Part shown: positions 27,964 through 37,477 of the stretch, in pieces
Position numbering within the stretch: the first letter of the stretch is position 1
Layout of the letters: every line of letters starts with the position of its first letter
IMG/VR virus record: IMGVR_UViG_2903405734_000002
Coordinates: 64,001 to 128,000 of that record
Direction: 5' to 3' (one strand)
DNA length: 64,000 nt
DNA from: a virus
Taxonomy: Duplodnaviria > Heunggongvirae > Uroviricota > Caudoviricetes
Translations under genes and position numbers: made by a program
Notes under the pieces: model-generated
Told to the model about the DNA's origin: nothing
Database searches by the model: none
What the model saw: only the letters and a program-made list of their open reading frames with translations

Positions 27964-29529
27964 ATGAAAATAAGCAACCTTAACAAAAAAAATATATCAC
28001 TAAAAATTGCATCCAGCATTTACGTTCCTCGTTCAAAAGGCTCTTTGTTAAGCCTCCCCCCTTCATTTGGGATGATGATGCGCGGCGATGCTAGTCAATG
28101 CAACAAAGACAGTGAGGCGGAAAAAATATCTGATGCAATAAGGGAGCTTGGTGTTAATAGCCCAGAATATATTGATACATTTTCATGTTATCGCAAATGG
28201 AATGAAAACCTGGAAGCAGATTCATTGAATATAAGCGAAAACAGGATAATAGCAGGCATGAGATATGGCCTTATTGACCATGTAAATGGTGCAATACTAA
28301 AAACAAAAGACGGCTGGGTTAACGAAAAAGGGAATATCGTAATTACTGATGTTGATAGCAACAACAAGGCAAAAATAGATGAGTATATAAGTAGTAATGT
28401 AAATATCATACCATTTGTCACAAAGGAAATGGCCGTGTCATTTGTTGACAATGGGGTAGTTTCAATAAAGGATGATATTATTGCGGAAAGGGTCTCTGAT
28501 GCCGAAGATATCTGGAAAATAAAAAATGGTGGAGTTATCAAAAAACCATCATGGCAAACTGACGAGGATTTCGTTGAAAGGGTATTGGAACATTCAAATA
28601 AATTAGTGTTTATTTCAAAGTCTGTTCCCAACACATTGTTTCATGGGACAATTTCAAAAAATCCAGTTAGTGAGTATCTCCAGGGAGAGCCGCAAAAAAC
28701 ATCAAGAAAGGGTGCGGCAACGTATACAACAAAATCATTGTTTGAGGCGGTAACAACATATGCAAACCCAATGTCTCTTGCTAATGCACAAAAAAGAGAA
28801 GCTTCTGAGGGAAGATCTGCTCTTGAAACGGAGTTTAGGCATAGCCATCTTCACGTAATGTCTGACAATGGGAAGTCATGCATTTATCATGCGGAAATGG
28901 TCGATTCTGTTCTTACAAATGATAAGATGCCCTCTCCTCATGCTCTTAAGCTTGCCTTTTCATTAGCAGAGCAAGAGGTTGCGGTAATGCTCGACAGGAT
29001 TAAGGAAAAAATCTATTTGTCTGCAAACACCTATGAGGTTTACGCAGCCTTAAATTCAATAAATGAGGTTTTGCTAAAAACAACAAGCGGATCAGAGATT
29101 CAGTTCATCCCTCTCATTATGTCGTCAATTGGATATGATGGGATTGACATAAGTTTTCCAGATAAAGAACTCATGTTAAAAATGAAAAGCTCATCAGAAT
29201 CTCTTGAGGATGGCATGCCTGACGATCTTATGATGTTCAAATGCGCAGGAATAAAAAATAATGGCGTAAAAAAATTTCTTGATGAATATATATCATGCAT
29301 AGAAAGCAGCATTCCGCCAAATGCAAAAGATGGTCATGTCTTGTTTTTCTGTGGTACTGACGGATTTGAAATCAAAAAATCTATTGAGCTTCAAACACAT
29401 AAGTCAATAGCTGAGCGTAGATTTGAGAAATGTCCATTTTACGATGCGAAAGAAGACGGCTTCTTGATGATTCCTGAGAGTGAAAACATCATTCCAAGCA
29501 AAGGAAATTCATTCAACATAGAAAGATAA
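27964..29529 (+). CDS. Large protein with central ART-like domain; tail ...NSFNIER
   Basis: LFHGT...G.ATYTT....A..YA...GYDGI; start placed at ATG 27964. Confidence 0.55.
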   Translation: MKISNLNKKNISLKIASSIYVPRSKGSLLSLPPSFGMMMRGDASQCNKDSEAEKISDAIRELGVNSPEYIDTFSCYRKWNENLEADSLNISENRIIAGMRYGLIDHVNGAILKTKDGWVNEKGNIVITDVDSNNKAKIDEYISSNVNIIPFVTKEMAVSFVDNGVVSIKDDIIAERVSDAEDIWKIKNGGVIKKPSWQTDEDFVERVLEHSNKLVFISKSVPNTLFHGTISKNPVSEYLQGEPQKTSRKGAATYTTKSLFEAVTTYANPMSLANAQKREASEGRSALETEFRHSHLHVMSDNGKSCIYHAEMVDSVLTNDKMPSPHALKLAFSLAEQEVAVMLDRIKEKIYLSANTYEVYAALNSINEVLLKTTSGSEIQFIPLIMSSIGYDGIDISFPDKELMLKMKSSSESLEDGMPDDLMMFKCAGIKNNGVKKFLDEYISCIESSIPPNAKDGHVLFFCGTDGFEIKKSIELQTHKSIAERRFEKCPFYDAKEDGFLMIPESENIIPSKGNSFNIER

Positions 29530-29535
29530 TCTTTC

Positions 29536-29766
29536 TCAATCAAGATTATCCTTTAACATTTTTGCTATATCAATTGCGGCCTCAATCTTCTGAATATGCT
29601 CAAGATGGGCCGCAGTTTTATCTTTGTTTCCAGCAGATGCAACAGAAATTAATACAGATGTGTCAAACTCCAAAATCTCAGAAAGCAAACAAGAAATATC
29701 ATTTATGTGCTCTCTGTTTACTTCTGCTTTCTTTTTGCTCAGCACGTTCATTTCTCTTGCTCTCAA
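29536..29766 (-). CDS. Small helical hypothetical protein
   Basis: 76-aa ORF in the same-strand run as cheW. Confidence 0.55.
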   Translation of the reverse strand: MRAREMNVLSKKKAEVNREHINDISCLLSEILEFDTSVLISVASAGNKDKTAAHLEHIQKIEAAIDIAKMLKDNLD

Positions 29767-29832
29767 CAGTGGCCCAACAACGGCGCAACTATATCAAATA
29801 AGACAGCAATAACAAGAAAAAGGTTTTTGGTA

Positions 29833-30108
29833 TCAGATCATTCTACTTGTTAAATCCTCTGCAACGAGAAGAGCCTTACACGCTTCATCAAAATCATTCC
29901 AGCGACAACGCTCAATAAAGTCACTATCCCTGCCTGACGGCATGCCTTCATGGCAGAACACACCATCTTTAGTAAAACACTCTCGATATCCGTTCCTGAT
30001 TGCAAATCGAACAACCCCTTCTCGATCTACAACCTTATCAATCCAGACATCCTTTGAGTTAGACATCCAACGAACTGGGCTTATTCCCATGTTAATCACC
30101 TCATCCAA
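29833..30108 (-). CDS. Phage-like small hypothetical protein
   Basis: FAIR....C....G.F..E..PS.RD..FI.RCR pattern; overlaps the cheW stop. Confidence 0.65.
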   Translation of the reverse strand: MDEVINMGISPVRWMSNSKDVWIDKVVDREGVVRFAIRNGYRECFTKDGVFCHEGMPSGRDSDFIERCRWNDFDEACKALLVAEDLTSRMI

Positions 30109-30598
30109 TAGAAGTTAAAATTTGACCTGTATCCAGCACACTAACAAGTCTCCCCTGCCCCTTTGAATCCCCATCAGGATGATGATTAAAGATGGCGGTA
30201 ATGCAATGCCTTGATCCAAGAGAAGGTGGCGGCGGCAGCAACTCAGATTTATTTTTAGAAAAAATACTTGCAACCTGGGCAGCCATGAGGCCAAAGAGCT
30301 TTTTGTCTCTCTCGATGACAACAACAAACTTTTTGTCATCAGGGCTCATAGCCCTCTTTCCAATTGCAACGCATGTATCCACAACTGACACAACGCTTTC
30401 TCTAAGGCTGAATGCTCCCTCAACAAGCCCCTTGTAGCCAGGAAGCTTGTTTAATCTCGGGGCGACAATAATTTCCTTTATTTCAGATGCATCAATTGCG
30501 AAATATTGGCTATCGCCAGCATTGAGCCGAAACATAAAATAATTACTTGCCGAGCTCTCGCCAGCTTGTGACCCAATATTATTCATGATAATATCCAT
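30101..30598 (-). CDS. cheW: CheW-like chemotaxis adaptor (standalone)
   Basis: YF.F.L...YFAI...I.EI...LPG....V.G...LR..VVSVVD...FGL....V...LD...I. Confidence 0.85.
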   Translation of the reverse strand: MDIIMNNIGSQAGESSASNYFMFRLNAGDSQYFAIDASEIKEIIVAPRLNKLPGYKGLVEGAFSLRESVVSVVDTCVAIGKRAMSPDDKKFVVVIERDKKLFGLMAAQVASIFSKNKSELLPPPPSLGSRHCITAIFNHHPDGDSKGQGRLVSVLDTGQILTSIG

Positions 30599-30717
30599 AG
30601 TAAATAAAGCAAAAATAAAAACAATAGCAGTATACCATTAGTGTCCTGGTGCGTCAATATTTTTGCATTTAATAAGTGCTGATGTTTCTATCGGTATTGA
30701 TAGCGGGAGAAAGTGGA

Positions 30718-31575
30718 ATGATTGGATTTTTAGCTGGTGAGATTGCAGCTTGTCTTCTTGGTAGACGCGAGAGACTAACAAAAACAAAGAAACTAAATAC
30801 TCTGCGTGATGCAAACAACCTGGCCTGCACAATGGCTCTTGTCGATGCGTTTAAGCTTTATAGTGGTGGCAAGGTTCAGGAAAAAAACTCTCAGGGTCTT
30901 TATTTTAGAGATATGAATAATAAGCTGAGAGAGCTATTTCATGGAAATTATTCGATATACAACCCCTGTGTTGTTAATGATACCAGGCTAAAGTTGACGT
31001 TTCTATCTTGCGCTTTTGCAACAGGTCAAATTGCTTTATCTGAAATTGCGGCCATTATGATGGCTCCCAAAATTTCATCAACGCTGAGTGAAGCCTCTCA
31101 GTTTGAGAGCGCATCAAAAGCCATATCGGTAATGTCATTTTGCGCAAAAGCCACAAAAAACAAATGGATATTGTTGAACTACATGAATCATCACTATCCA
31201 TCAGTTTATTCAAGAGCAATTAGGTCTGGTAGTTTTAATTTGGCAGATCGGGATGATGATATTTATGAAATGATCACTGCAATTGTCATCAAGAGCATTC
31301 ATTCATCAAATAATCTTGAAGATGCCCTGGTTGCTGCATATGAGCTTGGCGGCCCCTACCCTGAAATCCTTAGCATTGTTGGCGGTATTGCTGGGTGCAT
31401 CTGGGAATGCCCTCGCAAGCTCTCTGATGCGACATACACATTGATTGAGAGGCTTCATGGGCATGCAATCTCAGAAATGAAGGTTCTTGGGATTTTAAAT
31501 GGATATGATGATTACGCAGCCAGACAAGATAAAAAGTTCAACAAGAGATTGAAGAGACTGCTAAAAATCATCTAA
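30718..31575 (+). CDS. Degenerate ADP-ribosylglycohydrolase (ARH/DraG)-like fold protein
   Basis: N-terminal G...GE.AA..G and C-terminal A..LGG....I..I.GGIAG resemble ARH, but the DTDT metal motif is absent. Confidence 0.45.
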   Translation: MIGFLAGEIAACLLGRRERLTKTKKLNTLRDANNLACTMALVDAFKLYSGGKVQEKNSQGLYFRDMNNKLRELFHGNYSIYNPCVVNDTRLKLTFLSCAFATGQIALSEIAAIMMAPKISSTLSEASQFESASKAISVMSFCAKATKNKWILLNYMNHHYPSVYSRAIRSGSFNLADRDDDIYEMITAIVIKSIHSSNNLEDALVAAYELGGPYPEILSIVGGIAGCIWECPRKLSDATYTLIERLHGHAISEMKVLGILNGYDDYAARQDKKFNKRLKRLLKII

Positions 31576-31711
31576 AAAATGGGTCATCTAACGATGACCC
31601 TAAAAACAAAATAATTTCTTGCCACATATTTACTTTTGTTGTATGAAGTGATAGTCTCTCCGTCAACTAGATTATTTTAAAAAAAATTACCAAGGCTTGC
31701 GGGAGGACTTC

Positions 31712-32122
31712 ATGGCTACAGCTAAGGATATGTATGATCATCACTTAGATGATTTGAATAAAATGAGGCGAGAGTTCTTTATTACTCGCATCTTATTTTT
31801 GTCTATGATCATTAATGATGCTGTTTATCAAAACATCACATTCAGCATATTGAATGTGATTGCATTAATGATTGTTACTTCTAAGCTGGTTGCCAGGCAG
31901 GTTGGCATTGGAAGGTCTGTTTTGCTCTGCTTGGCATACATGATTCCATATGGTGCTTACCCTTGCGCAATCTTGAGCATGTTTGTTGCGATTGATTACT
32001 TCAAATCTGCTGGCATTAATCCTTCTGTTTTCAGCTTTTTCGGCCCTAACAGAAAGGCGTTTGCAAAAAGAGTGAAAAGTGTTCTTTCTGCTCAGGACTC
32101 CGAAAGGAAGGGAATTATTTGA
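31712..32122 (+). CDS. Membrane hypothetical protein (paralogue of 32167)
   Basis: GGAGG RBS; TM segments; shared IPY...I....F...I...FGP pattern. Confidence 0.75.
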   Translation: MATAKDMYDHHLDDLNKMRREFFITRILFLSMIINDAVYQNITFSILNVIALMIVTSKLVARQVGIGRSVLLCLAYMIPYGAYPCAILSMFVAIDYFKSAGINPSVFSFFGPNRKAFAKRVKSVLSAQDSERKGII

Positions 32123-32166
32123 GTTAATTAAAGCCAGGCTGTTAAAGCCTGGCTTGAGGATGTTTT

Positions 32167-32577
32167 ATGGATCTTAACAAATATGCAGCCTTCATTAAAA
32201 GGCTTGGAGATATGTATTTTCTCTTGCTGATATCAACAGCACTTCTTTTTGTATCCTTATTGAATACTGGCTTCATGAACAGAGATGCGATGACTGTAAT
32301 TCCGCTTCTTGGCGCTTATTACGCAATGCTTTCAGTTAATGTAAAAAACAAAAAGGCTTTCTGGATTGTGGTCTTAACTTCATTTATTCCTTATGCTGTA
32401 TTTGCCATATCAATCATTCATATTTTTCAGTTAAGGCGTTTCTTTTTATCAAGAAAGATCAGAATGAAGCTTCTTGGCCCAGAAAAAGAGTCTGTTAAAA
32501 AACACCTGGATGAAGTTAAAATATCACTATCTGCGGAAAAAGAAACAAAAGAAGAAATAACCTACTTCAACGCATAA
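32167..32577 (+). CDS. Membrane hypothetical protein (paralogue of 31712)
   Basis: GAGG RBS; IPY...I....FF....I...LGP pattern. Confidence 0.75.
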   Translation: MDLNKYAAFIKRLGDMYFLLLISTALLFVSLLNTGFMNRDAMTVIPLLGAYYAMLSVNVKNKKAFWIVVLTSFIPYAVFAISIIHIFQLRRFFLSRKIRMKLLGPEKESVKKHLDEVKISLSAEKETKEEITYFNA

Positions 32578-32603
32578 AAAAACGAGCCGAACGGCTCGTT
32601 TTT
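32578..32603. terminator. Bidirectional intrinsic terminator
   Basis: AAAAACGAGCCG-AA-CGGCTCGTTTTT. Confidence 0.8.
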
Positions 32604-32605
32604 AC

Positions 32606-33430
32606 TTACTGTTGGATATTCATTTTTATCTGAGCTTCTTTTTTTGCGCTAGATAGCGATATTGCATCAACAAAATACGGCATTCCTGTTCCAAGGTATG
32701 AGCCTTCAATATTGAAGTCAAACCACTCAATTGCTTCTTCATAATTCATTTCTTCGTTCTGCATCAAGATCTCAAGAATTCGCTCTTGATTATAAACAGC
32801 ATGGCATTGAATACCCTCATCAAAATTGAGCTCCACATCGCCAACAACACCATGATTTGAGGCATTCTTAATTTCATCTTCGCAATAAGCAAGTCGTAGA
32901 CAACCACTCTCTGATGCATCAAAAATATTGTCCATCAAAAGAGATTCGTTCTCCATGCTTTCAATCAAGCTAAGAAGCTCATCCAGCAAATGGAAATGCC
33001 GCTCAGAAAAAGCCTTTTTTTCACCGGAAGTGCAAATAAGATCGGATGTTGCTGAAAGCCTATAAAGCTCAAGATATGCCAGAACCGATGCTGACCACTC
33101 ATATTCATCGCCTGACACAATGGTCACAAAATCACCAATGCTACGGGCTTTAATGAGAAAGCTCTTTATGTACTCCTGGCTATCATCAGTGGACATGGAT
33201 TTATCGATTAAAAAGCCCAGGATTCCAGAGATTGTAGATGACTCAACCGGAGATAATCCACCAGAAAGAGAGCTGTTGCTCTTGATGATATTAATGAAAA
33301 ATTTTGAAATCTCTTCCTTTAAGCCGCTAGCAACATTTATTTTTGCAGAAAAAATCCGACCAAGAAGCGCATCATTAAATGTGCTTGGCAGTTTGTAGTG
33401 CTCTTTGTTAATTTTTTTATGCATATCCAA
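32606..33430 (-). CDS. Hypothetical protein with phage-like C-terminal domain
   Basis: AVYN..RI..IL....M.YEEA.EWF.FNIEG.Y.G...PYFV. Confidence 0.7.
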   Translation of the reverse strand: MDMHKKINKEHYKLPSTFNDALLGRIFSAKINVASGLKEEISKFFINIIKSNSSLSGGLSPVESSTISGILGFLIDKSMSTDDSQEYIKSFLIKARSIGDFVTIVSGDEYEWSASVLAYLELYRLSATSDLICTSGEKKAFSERHFHLLDELLSLIESMENESLLMDNIFDASESGCLRLAYCEDEIKNASNHGVVGDVELNFDEGIQCHAVYNQERILEILMQNEEMNYEEAIEWFDFNIEGSYLGTGMPYFVDAISLSSAKKEAQIKMNIQQ

Positions 33431-33564
33431 AATAAAAAATCCTTATCTTTGACCATTAAACTTATTTACTGATAAAATAACCCAAGGAAGACATAAAAAC
33501 AACCAAGCAATCACCAAGAGCAAAACAATAAAAAACCTAATATTTTACAATAAAGAGGTGAAAG

Positions 33565-34941
33565 ATGAAAAAAGAGGTCTGGATTCCAACATCAAGGTTG
33601 AAGGCATACGAAAAATCATTCATGTCAATCGCCAAGAAAGCGGCCAAAATTGGCGCTGACATCCCCACTCTTCTCATTACCGATGAGAGGAAAACCTTTA
33701 AAATACCATGCGAACATCAAATTTATGAGTCAAATGCACCAAAATTCAGTCATATGCTTCTTGAGAAAACCAGGTGTGTTTTTGAAGGCGAGATGCCAGT
33801 TATAGATGGATGGAAGCCAATCGCCAAGCTAGATCATGAATATCTACCAAAAGAAAGCTCATTTGCAAATATTGTCAATCTTATTGGAATGGATCTTGAT
33901 GAAAAAGAGACTAGGTTTGTCGCAGATAAGCTTAATGAGCTTTCCTCTTGCGCTCCAAACTGCGAACATTGCAAGCAAAACAGAGTTCGGAATCAAACGT
34001 TTTTGCTAATGAATAATGAAACAAAGGAAACCATCCAGGTTGGTTCTACTTGTGTAGACGACTTCCTTGGAGAAAAATCATTGGCAGAGATTGCTAATGC
34101 ATTCGATATCAACTCATGGATTACAAAAGATTTTGATGCGGAATATAGAGATGATTATTCTAGCGGTAGATCTCACTCTTACTCTGTTCCTCTTGATTTG
34201 TTTGTTGCGATTGCGGACAAAATAACTCGCACAAATGGCTTTGTGTCAGTATCTGCTGCATCACCAACAAATCCATCGACTGCCTTTCGCATAAAAACAG
34301 AGTTGCTAAATCCAAGCGGTGAATTCAAAGGATTGATAAATGATTACATTAACGAAAATGAAACAGATGAGCTCAAAAGAGCGAAAAAAATCTGTGAGTG
34401 GATGTCTCAACAAAAACCAGACAACTCATTTATTATAAGCTGCATAAGCATATCTAAAAAAGGATTTGTTGAGATATCTGATAGGTTTCAGGTCGGAGTT
34501 GTTGCATCCTGGCCTAATAGCATGCTTAGAGATGAAGAAAAAAGACTAAAAAAAGAAATGGAGGCGGCATCAAATAAAAATGAATATTTCGGAGAGGAAA
34601 AACAGAGAGGAGAACTAAAACTTTCTCTTCATCATATATATTCCGATTATGATGCTATGTATCCCTACATAAGACTAACAATGAGAGATCAGGATGGCAG
34701 AAAATTCCAATGGAAAACAAACCCAGGCTCCTGCCCAGAAGTTGAGGTTGGAAAAACCTACACAATGATAGGAACAATAAAGGGGCATGAAGAATACAAT
34801 GGGGAAAAAATAACCCAGCTGGCGAGGTGCTCTTCTATTGAAGAATGTGATGCTAACTCACCAGTGCCTCAATTTATAAAAGATAAAAAAGCAGTAAAAA
34901 AACCAAGAGCAAAAGAAGAAGATCTATCACCATCGCTTTAG
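33565..34941 (+). CDS. Zn-finger (CEHC...GSTC) and OB-fold-like protein; tail ...EDLSPSL
   Basis: CEHCK.NR.R..T......IQVGSTC..DFLG; C-terminal GTIK.H.EY.G.K.TQL.R; GAGGTG RBS. Confidence 0.75.
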   Translation: MKKEVWIPTSRLKAYEKSFMSIAKKAAKIGADIPTLLITDERKTFKIPCEHQIYESNAPKFSHMLLEKTRCVFEGEMPVIDGWKPIAKLDHEYLPKESSFANIVNLIGMDLDEKETRFVADKLNELSSCAPNCEHCKQNRVRNQTFLLMNNETKETIQVGSTCVDDFLGEKSLAEIANAFDINSWITKDFDAEYRDDYSSGRSHSYSVPLDLFVAIADKITRTNGFVSVSAASPTNPSTAFRIKTELLNPSGEFKGLINDYINENETDELKRAKKICEWMSQQKPDNSFIISCISISKKGFVEISDRFQVGVVASWPNSMLRDEEKRLKKEMEAASNKNEYFGEEKQRGELKLSLHHIYSDYDAMYPYIRLTMRDQDGRKFQWKTNPGSCPEVEVGKTYTMIGTIKGHEEYNGEKITQLARCSSIEECDANSPVPQFIKDKKAVKKPRAKEEDLSPSL

Positions 34942-34947
34942 TATCAT

Positions 34948-34973
34948 AATCCAGCCCAAGAGGGCTGGATTTT
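34948..34973. terminator. Bidirectional intrinsic terminator
   Basis: AATCCAGCCC-AAGA-GGGCTGGATT. Confidence 0.75.
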
Positions 34974-35356
34974 CATTTTTTGCCTGTTTTATTTTTGCTT
35001 AAAAAAGGCGTCAGTGATGGAGTTGCCCACTTCAAAACAGGTGATTTACCATCATTATTTTTTGATAATAAAATAAGTCCAATAGCCATTCCATTAAGAC
35101 CTGGCTTTTGCATTTTTCGCCTTGTAAATTCATCACGAAACTCAGGCCCTAATCTGGGAAGAGCGCTTTTTGTTGCGTAAACATAGATCGTTTCGGATGA
35201 TGTTTTTCCAGTCAGTTTAGCTGCTTGATGAGGATCCCTGGTTAGTCCACCAGCCCATTTTTTCCCGTCATGAATCTTGACGCTAAGACCATGTTCAGTG
35301 ATTGCTCTTAGTGCATCAATAACATTCTTCGGAAGTTCGCCTTTTTTGTTACTCAT
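34973..35356 (-). CDS. Hypothetical protein (paralogue of 35419)
   Basis: G..V.IHDG..WAG..TR pattern shared with its neighbour. Confidence 0.75.
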   Translation of the reverse strand: MSNKKGELPKNVIDALRAITEHGLSVKIHDGKKWAGGLTRDPHQAAKLTGKTSSETIYVYATKSALPRLGPEFRDEFTRRKMQKPGLNGMAIGLILLSKNNDGKSPVLKWATPSLTPFLSKNKTGKK

Positions 35357-35418
35357 AAACCAATCCTTGCGGAAAAAATGAAGCCCACTTGATGGGCTTC
35401 ATCCAGACAGACTACAGA

Positions 35419-35862
35419 TTAGATTTCTGGTGACGAATCTTTGCTGTTTTCGACATGATGAACATAGTCTTCATCCTGCAATGCCTCAGCAAGCTTCATG
35501 GTTTTTTCAATGTATTTCTCGATAGACAATGAGTTGTTGCTGATCACATCATGACCATTGCCATAAACAAGAGATACTGTGCCGAATTCAAACCCTTTCC
35601 TTTCTGGCCTTTCGGCCTTGCTCTTATGATAAAAATCACGAACTTCTTCACTCACCTTATCCAGGTTTGTGTCGCTAACAATGAAAACAACATCATCCTC
35701 ATCAGTGCTTCCTGTATCTTCAAGAGCTCTTTTGACGTTTCTTGTTGCTGGGCCAGCCCATTCCTCGCCATCATGAACACGAACATAGAATCCATGACTG
35801 ACTGCTTCTGAAATAAGCTCTTTGAGAATCAAGTGCTCTTTCTGTTTGTCTGTATATCCCAT
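35419..35862 (-). CDS. Phage-like hypothetical protein; tail ...KDSSPEI
   Basis: V.DGEEW...T.ED.V...G...LVYGN..DVIS; GAGGTG RBS. Confidence 0.8.
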   Translation of the reverse strand: MGYTDKQKEHLILKELISEAVSHGFYVRVHDGEEWAGPATRNVKRALEDTGSTDEDDVVFIVSDTNLDKVSEEVRDFYHKSKAERPERKGFEFGTVSLVYGNGHDVISNNSLSIEKYIEKTMKLAEALQDEDYVHHVENSKDSSPEI

Positions 35863-35985
35863 ATAAACACCTCTATTAATGTTGATTTTTATTATAATAA
35901 TGTTTTAATGTATTATACATTGCGTACAAATCAAAAAACAATGAGTAAGCTCATGTTTCCTGGTCTTTATTAAAGGAGTTAAATA

Positions 35986-36810
35986 GTGATTGACAAAGTA
36001 ATTTTTGGAAACCTTTCCGCCTCGTCAAGTTTTGAGTATGCAAAAAAATTAGAGTTTTTTAATAAGAATGAACAGGTAGAGTTTAAGCCAGGGCTAAATA
36101 TAATCTTTGCGCCAAATGGCAGTGGAAAATCAACTATTCTGTCAATGATTGCAAAAGCAACAGCATCTGAACAAGGCGGAGTGTCTTCAATTACATCGAC
36201 ATGGTTGAATGACCTTGAACTTCATAGAGATCAGCCCGCGCTTGGTGACATAGATGTGCATCATGATGGTCAGCCAACCATCTATGTTAACTCAAGAAAA
36301 GCGGTCGGTCTTTTTGGTGGAATGGCTGCATTTGATGATGACTTTTTTAGTGAGGGAGTGGCAGAAATCAGGCTTAGAGAGTCTGCTGGTTACACGACCA
36401 TGCATAGACTAAGTAATGTAATGAACATCTTGATTGGAAAGACAGAGATTCCAGACGCCTACCAAATAAAAACCCATAGAGAAATCGAGGAAGAAGTTAA
36501 AAAAATCATAGCTCCAAAAATACCAAAATCTCAAAAAACAATCATTCTTGACGAGCCAGAATCCGGCCTGGCAATTCATGTTCAGTCAAACATTTGGAAC
36601 CTGATCGACAAGGCGGCTAAAGAGAGAAATCTTCAAATAATTGCAGCAACTCACTCTCCGTTTTCGCTTGTTTGCGATGCGCATTTTATAGAACTGAGTG
36701 ATGGTTACAAATCAATAGCTCAATCAGAAATTAGTATTTTGTATGCAAGAATGGAGCTAACAAAAAAGATCAACGAAATGACAAGAAAAAAAGAAGGAAA
36801 AGATGGATAA
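35986..36810 (+). CDS. ABC-type (AAA_21-like) ATPase
   Basis: APNGSGKST Walker A; ILDEPESGL Walker B; ATHSP H-loop; GTG start with AGGAG RBS. Confidence 0.85.
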   Translation: MIDKVIFGNLSASSSFEYAKKLEFFNKNEQVEFKPGLNIIFAPNGSGKSTILSMIAKATASEQGGVSSITSTWLNDLELHRDQPALGDIDVHHDGQPTIYVNSRKAVGLFGGMAAFDDDFFSEGVAEIRLRESAGYTTMHRLSNVMNILIGKTEIPDAYQIKTHREIEEEVKKIIAPKIPKSQKTIILDEPESGLAIHVQSNIWNLIDKAAKERNLQIIAATHSPFSLVCDAHFIELSDGYKSIAQSEISILYARMELTKKINEMTRKKEGKDG

Positions 36811-37423
36811 AGAAAGAGAGAAGTTATCCTTGGTTCTAGATCTTGATGAAACTCTTTTTTACTCAACAGAAAAGCGGAGTGAACTATCAGATCAGCCTCA
36901 TGATTTTGAAATTTATGATGAATACACGAGATTTAGGGTCTTTAAGCGACAGGGCTTAGATGATTTTCTTGAGCGGATATTTAATAATGAAAAACTAAGT
37001 ATTGGTATATGGACTTCTGCAAACAAGTCATATGCTGATGGAATGGTGTCTTCTTTATTTTTCGATAAAAAACTGTCTTTTGTTTTTGACTCTAGCCGCC
37101 TGGTAAGGCAAAAAATGCCTATCATGAGCATGTATGGCCTTGAAGGTTATGAGCTAAAAAAGGATCTTCAAAAGGTAATAAGGCATACGGGAGCAAGTAT
37201 AGAAAGGATTGTTGCTATTGATGACAAGCCATCATTTTACACAAGAAATTATGGTAATTTAATCACAGTTCCTGGCTTTTACGGTGATAAAAGCAAGCCA
37301 GACAACACTCTTGAATTGCTTGCTGACTATATTGAGCGACTAGAAAGAGTAGATAATGTAAGAAAGGTGGAAAAAAGAGGGTGGATAAACAATCAAAAAA
37401 AGGATGTTGCTCCAACAATATGA
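36803..37423 (+). CDS. HAD phosphatase, FCP1/NIF-like; tail ...KDVAPTI
   Basis: LVLDLDETL, R.GL..FL, IWTSA...YA, KDL.K, IDDKP; overlaps the ATPase stop. Confidence 0.85.
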   Translation: MDKEREKLSLVLDLDETLFYSTEKRSELSDQPHDFEIYDEYTRFRVFKRQGLDDFLERIFNNEKLSIGIWTSANKSYADGMVSSLFFDKKLSFVFDSSRLVRQKMPIMSMYGLEGYELKKDLQKVIRHTGASIERIVAIDDKPSFYTRNYGNLITVPGFYGDKSKPDNTLELLADYIERLERVDNVRKVEKRGWINNQKKDVAPTI

Positions 37424-37437
37424 TTCATTTGCAAAAA

Positions 37438-37468
37438 AATAAAGGGTGCTGACGACACCCTTTATTTT
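37438..37468. terminator. Bidirectional intrinsic terminator
   Basis: AATAAAGGGTG-CTGACGA-CACCCTTTATT. Confidence 0.8.
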
Positions 37469-37477
37469 AAGCAATAT

